The notes beneath the pieces are model-generated. The model saw only the letters and a list, made by a program, of their open reading frames with translations. It searched no databases and was not told where the DNA came from. Positions 61,463 through 64,000 of a stretch of 64,000 nt of DNA are shown piece after piece. Both the position numbers and the translations under genes were made by a program. Source of the stretch: Candidatus Delongbacteria bacterium (lineage in GTDB: Bacteria > CAIWAD01); contig OY760505.1 in NCBI GenBank assembly GCA_963663545.1, forward strand, positions 1,920,001 to 1,984,000, in the 5' to 3' direction. Each line of letters starts with the position of its first letter. The first letter of the stretch is position 1.

Positions 61463-62787
61463 TTCGCTCTGTATCACATCGGTTAGCGCTGCTTTCCATG
61501 CGCGCTCAGTTTACCGCGTATCTACTCCTGGGGTACGCCGTGACCTGCTGGCTTGTACTCTTTGCCACTACGCTGATTGCGCATCTTGCAGGCGCGGAGC
61601 TCAACGTCGGACCGAGCTCACTTTTCTGGATTCTTCCGCTGGCACTGCTTCCTGTGTTCTTGGTTTCGGTGATGCGTCGTGGGCGAATTCGTCGTATTGC
61701 TCAGGTGCGCTGGGAAGAGGCAGACCGCAGCAATCCTGCAGAACTGTTGTCTCAATTGCTCTGGTCTCGGGCTCATCGTGTAGCTCTGGGAGAGCAAGCG
61801 TATTACGCCAAGCGCCTTCTAGTGCGTCAAGGTCTACTGCGCAAGCCGCTTCGTGCCTTGGATTCGACTGCGCAAAGGGTTCTGTTGGATCTGCTAACCG
61901 ATCACCGCATTTCACCCGCTCGCGAAGACCTGCTTGCCGGAGCTCGGCTACTCTCGAAGAGCGACCTACCTGTGACACAGCGACTGCGCTTGTGGAACCG
62001 GGTCGAGGCTGAGGGCTATGAGTTGGACCCCGTTGTGGACGATTTGCTAGAGCTTTGGGCCGAGAATCCTGTGCAGCGAGAGGGTCGTTTTTTACTGCCC
62101 CTGCTTTTCGCTTGTGCCCGGTCACCGCAGGTGTCCCGGATGAGTTCTGCACGGCTGATCCTCGTCGCCTTACTTAATGCTCGACGGCTAGGCGTAAAAC
62201 AGGTGCCGGGTGACTTGCGCGAGCCGCTGCTAGGCGAAAGTGCTCTTGCGCCATCAATTGTATCACGGATTCAGCGCCGTGTGCTTACTGGCGGACAAGG
62301 GCTGGTGCTGCGCATGGTGCGCAATCTGCATTCGGGCCTGATTGCTGTGTATCACCTGGCCACGCCAAAACGAACCGCGGTCACACTTGCGGCAATTGCC
62401 ATCGGTTTTCTTGTTCTCCGCTTCCACGGTTCTGCTTCGATACCGGAGGGGCATGGAACAGGGTCGGGCTTGGTCTTTGCGCCTCAGCCCGGTGATACAC
62501 TGCTGCGTTATACAGTGCAGGTGATGGCTTCACGTGATGCGGTGCAGGCCACAGCCCTGGCTGACAGTCTGCGGATTCACGGCTATTGGAGCTATGTCTT
62601 GGGTCCGCGCCCGAACTCCTCCTGGTATCGAGTACGATTGGGCGCGTTTCGCGACCGTGCACCGGCAGACTCGCTGGCCCAGGAGTTGAAGAGTCAAATG
62701 CTGATTGATGCTTGGTATGTGGCTAATTTCGATACATCTGGAACCGTTCATGGGGCGGCCGTTCGCCGCGGGGAGGTGCAACCATGA
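61459..62787 (+). CDS. membrane protein with a C-terminal SPOR domain
   Basis: TM segments; YTVQVMAS..A..L...G....WYRVRLGAF.DR..A. Confidence 0.8.
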   Translation: MIRSVSHRLALLSMRAQFTAYLLLGYAVTCWLVLFATTLIAHLAGAELNVGPSSLFWILPLALLPVFLVSVMRRGRIRRIAQVRWEEADRSNPAELLSQLLWSRAHRVALGEQAYYAKRLLVRQGLLRKPLRALDSTAQRVLLDLLTDHRISPAREDLLAGARLLSKSDLPVTQRLRLWNRVEAEGYELDPVVDDLLELWAENPVQREGRFLLPLLFACARSPQVSRMSSARLILVALLNARRLGVKQVPGDLREPLLGESALAPSIVSRIQRRVLTGGQGLVLRMVRNLHSGLIAVYHLATPKRTAVTLAAIAIGFLVLRFHGSASIPEGHGTGSGLVFAPQPGDTLLRYTVQVMASRDAVQATALADSLRIHGYWSYVLGPRPNSSWYRVRLGAFRDRAPADSLAQELKSQMLIDAWYVANFDTSGTVHGAAVRRGEVQP

Positions 62788-64000
62788 GGCAATGCTTGTG
62801 GGCCATAATAGCGGGTTTGCTGCTGGTAGCATGTGCACGGGCGGATTGTCTGAACGACCTCGCCAACCCGGCCTTGCGGGGCAGATTAGCAGGAACACCC
62901 GAAGGAGAAACCGCTGCGGCACTGGTTGTACAGGGCTTTTGCGATCAGGGACTTTCCCCTTGGCCTGGACGCTTCGATATGTATCACCACTTTACCTTTC
63001 GCCATTGCACGGGTCACGGCAGTGAAACCTTGTCGTATCGTGCGCTTGACGTATCTCATCAACCCTGGCGAAATGCACCTCCGCAGTTCTGGACGGTGCT
63101 GGACGCGAGCCAGGAAACCGAGGTCGAAGGTCCGTTGGTCTGGGGCGGCTTTGGTTTGGGGGCAGATTGCGCGTGGGATGATTGGATTGGTTTGAACGCG
63201 CACGGGGCTGTGGTGCTGATTTGCAGTGGCGACCCGCCTGTCGAGGCACTGAACGAGGACGGCAATCCAAGTTTGCGTTCTCGGGTGGAGCACGCCCGGG
63301 AGGCTGGCGCCGTCGGGCTTTTGCTGGTGCCGGACCCCTTCAAACCCGTTCCCTTGCCGAATGATGTGCTGGATGAATCTCTCGAGGATTGTGGTCTGCC
63401 GGTCTTTATCGTGGAAACCGCGCTGGTCGACAGTCTGCTGGGAGAGGTTAGCCTGAAGCGTCTTGTATCACAGGAACGTCGTACACACCAGCGGGAAAAC
63501 ACGGTTCTGCACCGTGAGATCCGTCTGAAGAGTTCGCCACTGATCGATGAGATTCCTGGTCACAATGTGCTGGCGGCTGTGCCGGACGCGATTCCCGACG
63601 AGCGAGGATGGATTCTCCTGACTGCGCATCACGATCACGAGGGACTCACACTGGACGGCCAAGTCCTTCCGGGGGCAGATGACAACGCCTCTGGCGTGTG
63701 TCTGCTCCAAGAACTTGCGTCCAGGTTCACCAGCACAAGGCTGCCGATTCTGTTTGCCTCTTTCGATGCCGAAGAGCAGGGGCTGATTGGATCACGCGCT
63801 CTTGTATCACATGGATTGCCGCAAATACGTACAGTGCTCAATTTTGACATGGTCGGACGCCTGCGCCAGCACACGCTCTACGTGCCAGGCGGCGCTGCAC
63901 AAGGTGCTTTGGACTCTTTGCTTCATGAAGCGGCCAGGGCTTATCAGCTGCGTGTTGTTAGCGGCACTTCACCGGAACTGGGTGGTGATCACCTTAGCTT
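62784..64000 (+). CDS. M28-family aminopeptidase (runs off the window end)
   Basis: Own translation from ATG 62784: signal peptide, LRGRLAGT, LTAHHDHEG, PGADDNASG, FDAEEQGLIGS, NFDMVGR in one frame. Confidence 0.88.
   Translation, partial: MRQCLWAIIAGLLLVACARADCLNDLANPALRGRLAGTPEGETAAALVVQGFCDQGLSPWPGRFDMYHHFTFRHCTGHGSETLSYRALDVSHQPWRNAPPQFWTVLDASQETEVEGPLVWGGFGLGADCAWDDWIGLNAHGAVVLICSGDPPVEALNEDGNPSLRSRVEHAREAGAVGLLLVPDPFKPVPLPNDVLDESLEDCGLPVFIVETALVDSLLGEVSLKRLVSQERRTHQRENTVLHREIRLKSSPLIDEIPGHNVLAAVPDAIPDERGWILLTAHHDHEGLTLDGQVLPGADDNASGVCLLQELASRFTSTRLPILFASFDAEEQGLIGSRALVSHGLPQIRTVLNFDMVGRLRQHTLYVPGGAAQGALDSLLHEAARAYQLRVVSGTSPELGGDHLS

Overview
Replication-origin region of an FCB-group-like bacterium (about 55-60% GC by eye). 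The PorU/C25 and PorV type IX secretion genes point to FCB; the exact taxon cannot be determined from sequence alone. Left part: mnmG(partial)-rsmG (with a perfect parS)-mfd-PPIase-carbonic anhydrase, converging on dnaA-dnaN-recF-dciA-gyrB-gyrA, then an AT-rich oriC candidate with DnaA boxes and an HU/IHF gene. Middle: envelope genes, an orphan GlmL-like locus interrupted by a repeat-flanked ATPase, an XPB helicase, a C25/PorV operon, mutY, an S9 peptidase and a hybrid kinase. Right part: a microcompartment-type aldehyde dehydrogenase plus degenerate PduL, tRNA-Val and tRNA-Asp, gpmI, a degenerate STAND-like protein, then engB-moxR-DUF58, a frameshifted class A PBP, a SPOR protein and an M28 peptidase. 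The most striking unexplained signal is a highly iterated degenerate palindrome, (Y)GTRWYAC(R), mostly GTGATAC/GTATCAC. I tallied about 90 copies by eye against about 7 expected. It occurs in several reading frames, on both strands, and is repeatedly built into stop codons and gene junctions. No CRISPR array, rRNA or transposase was seen.
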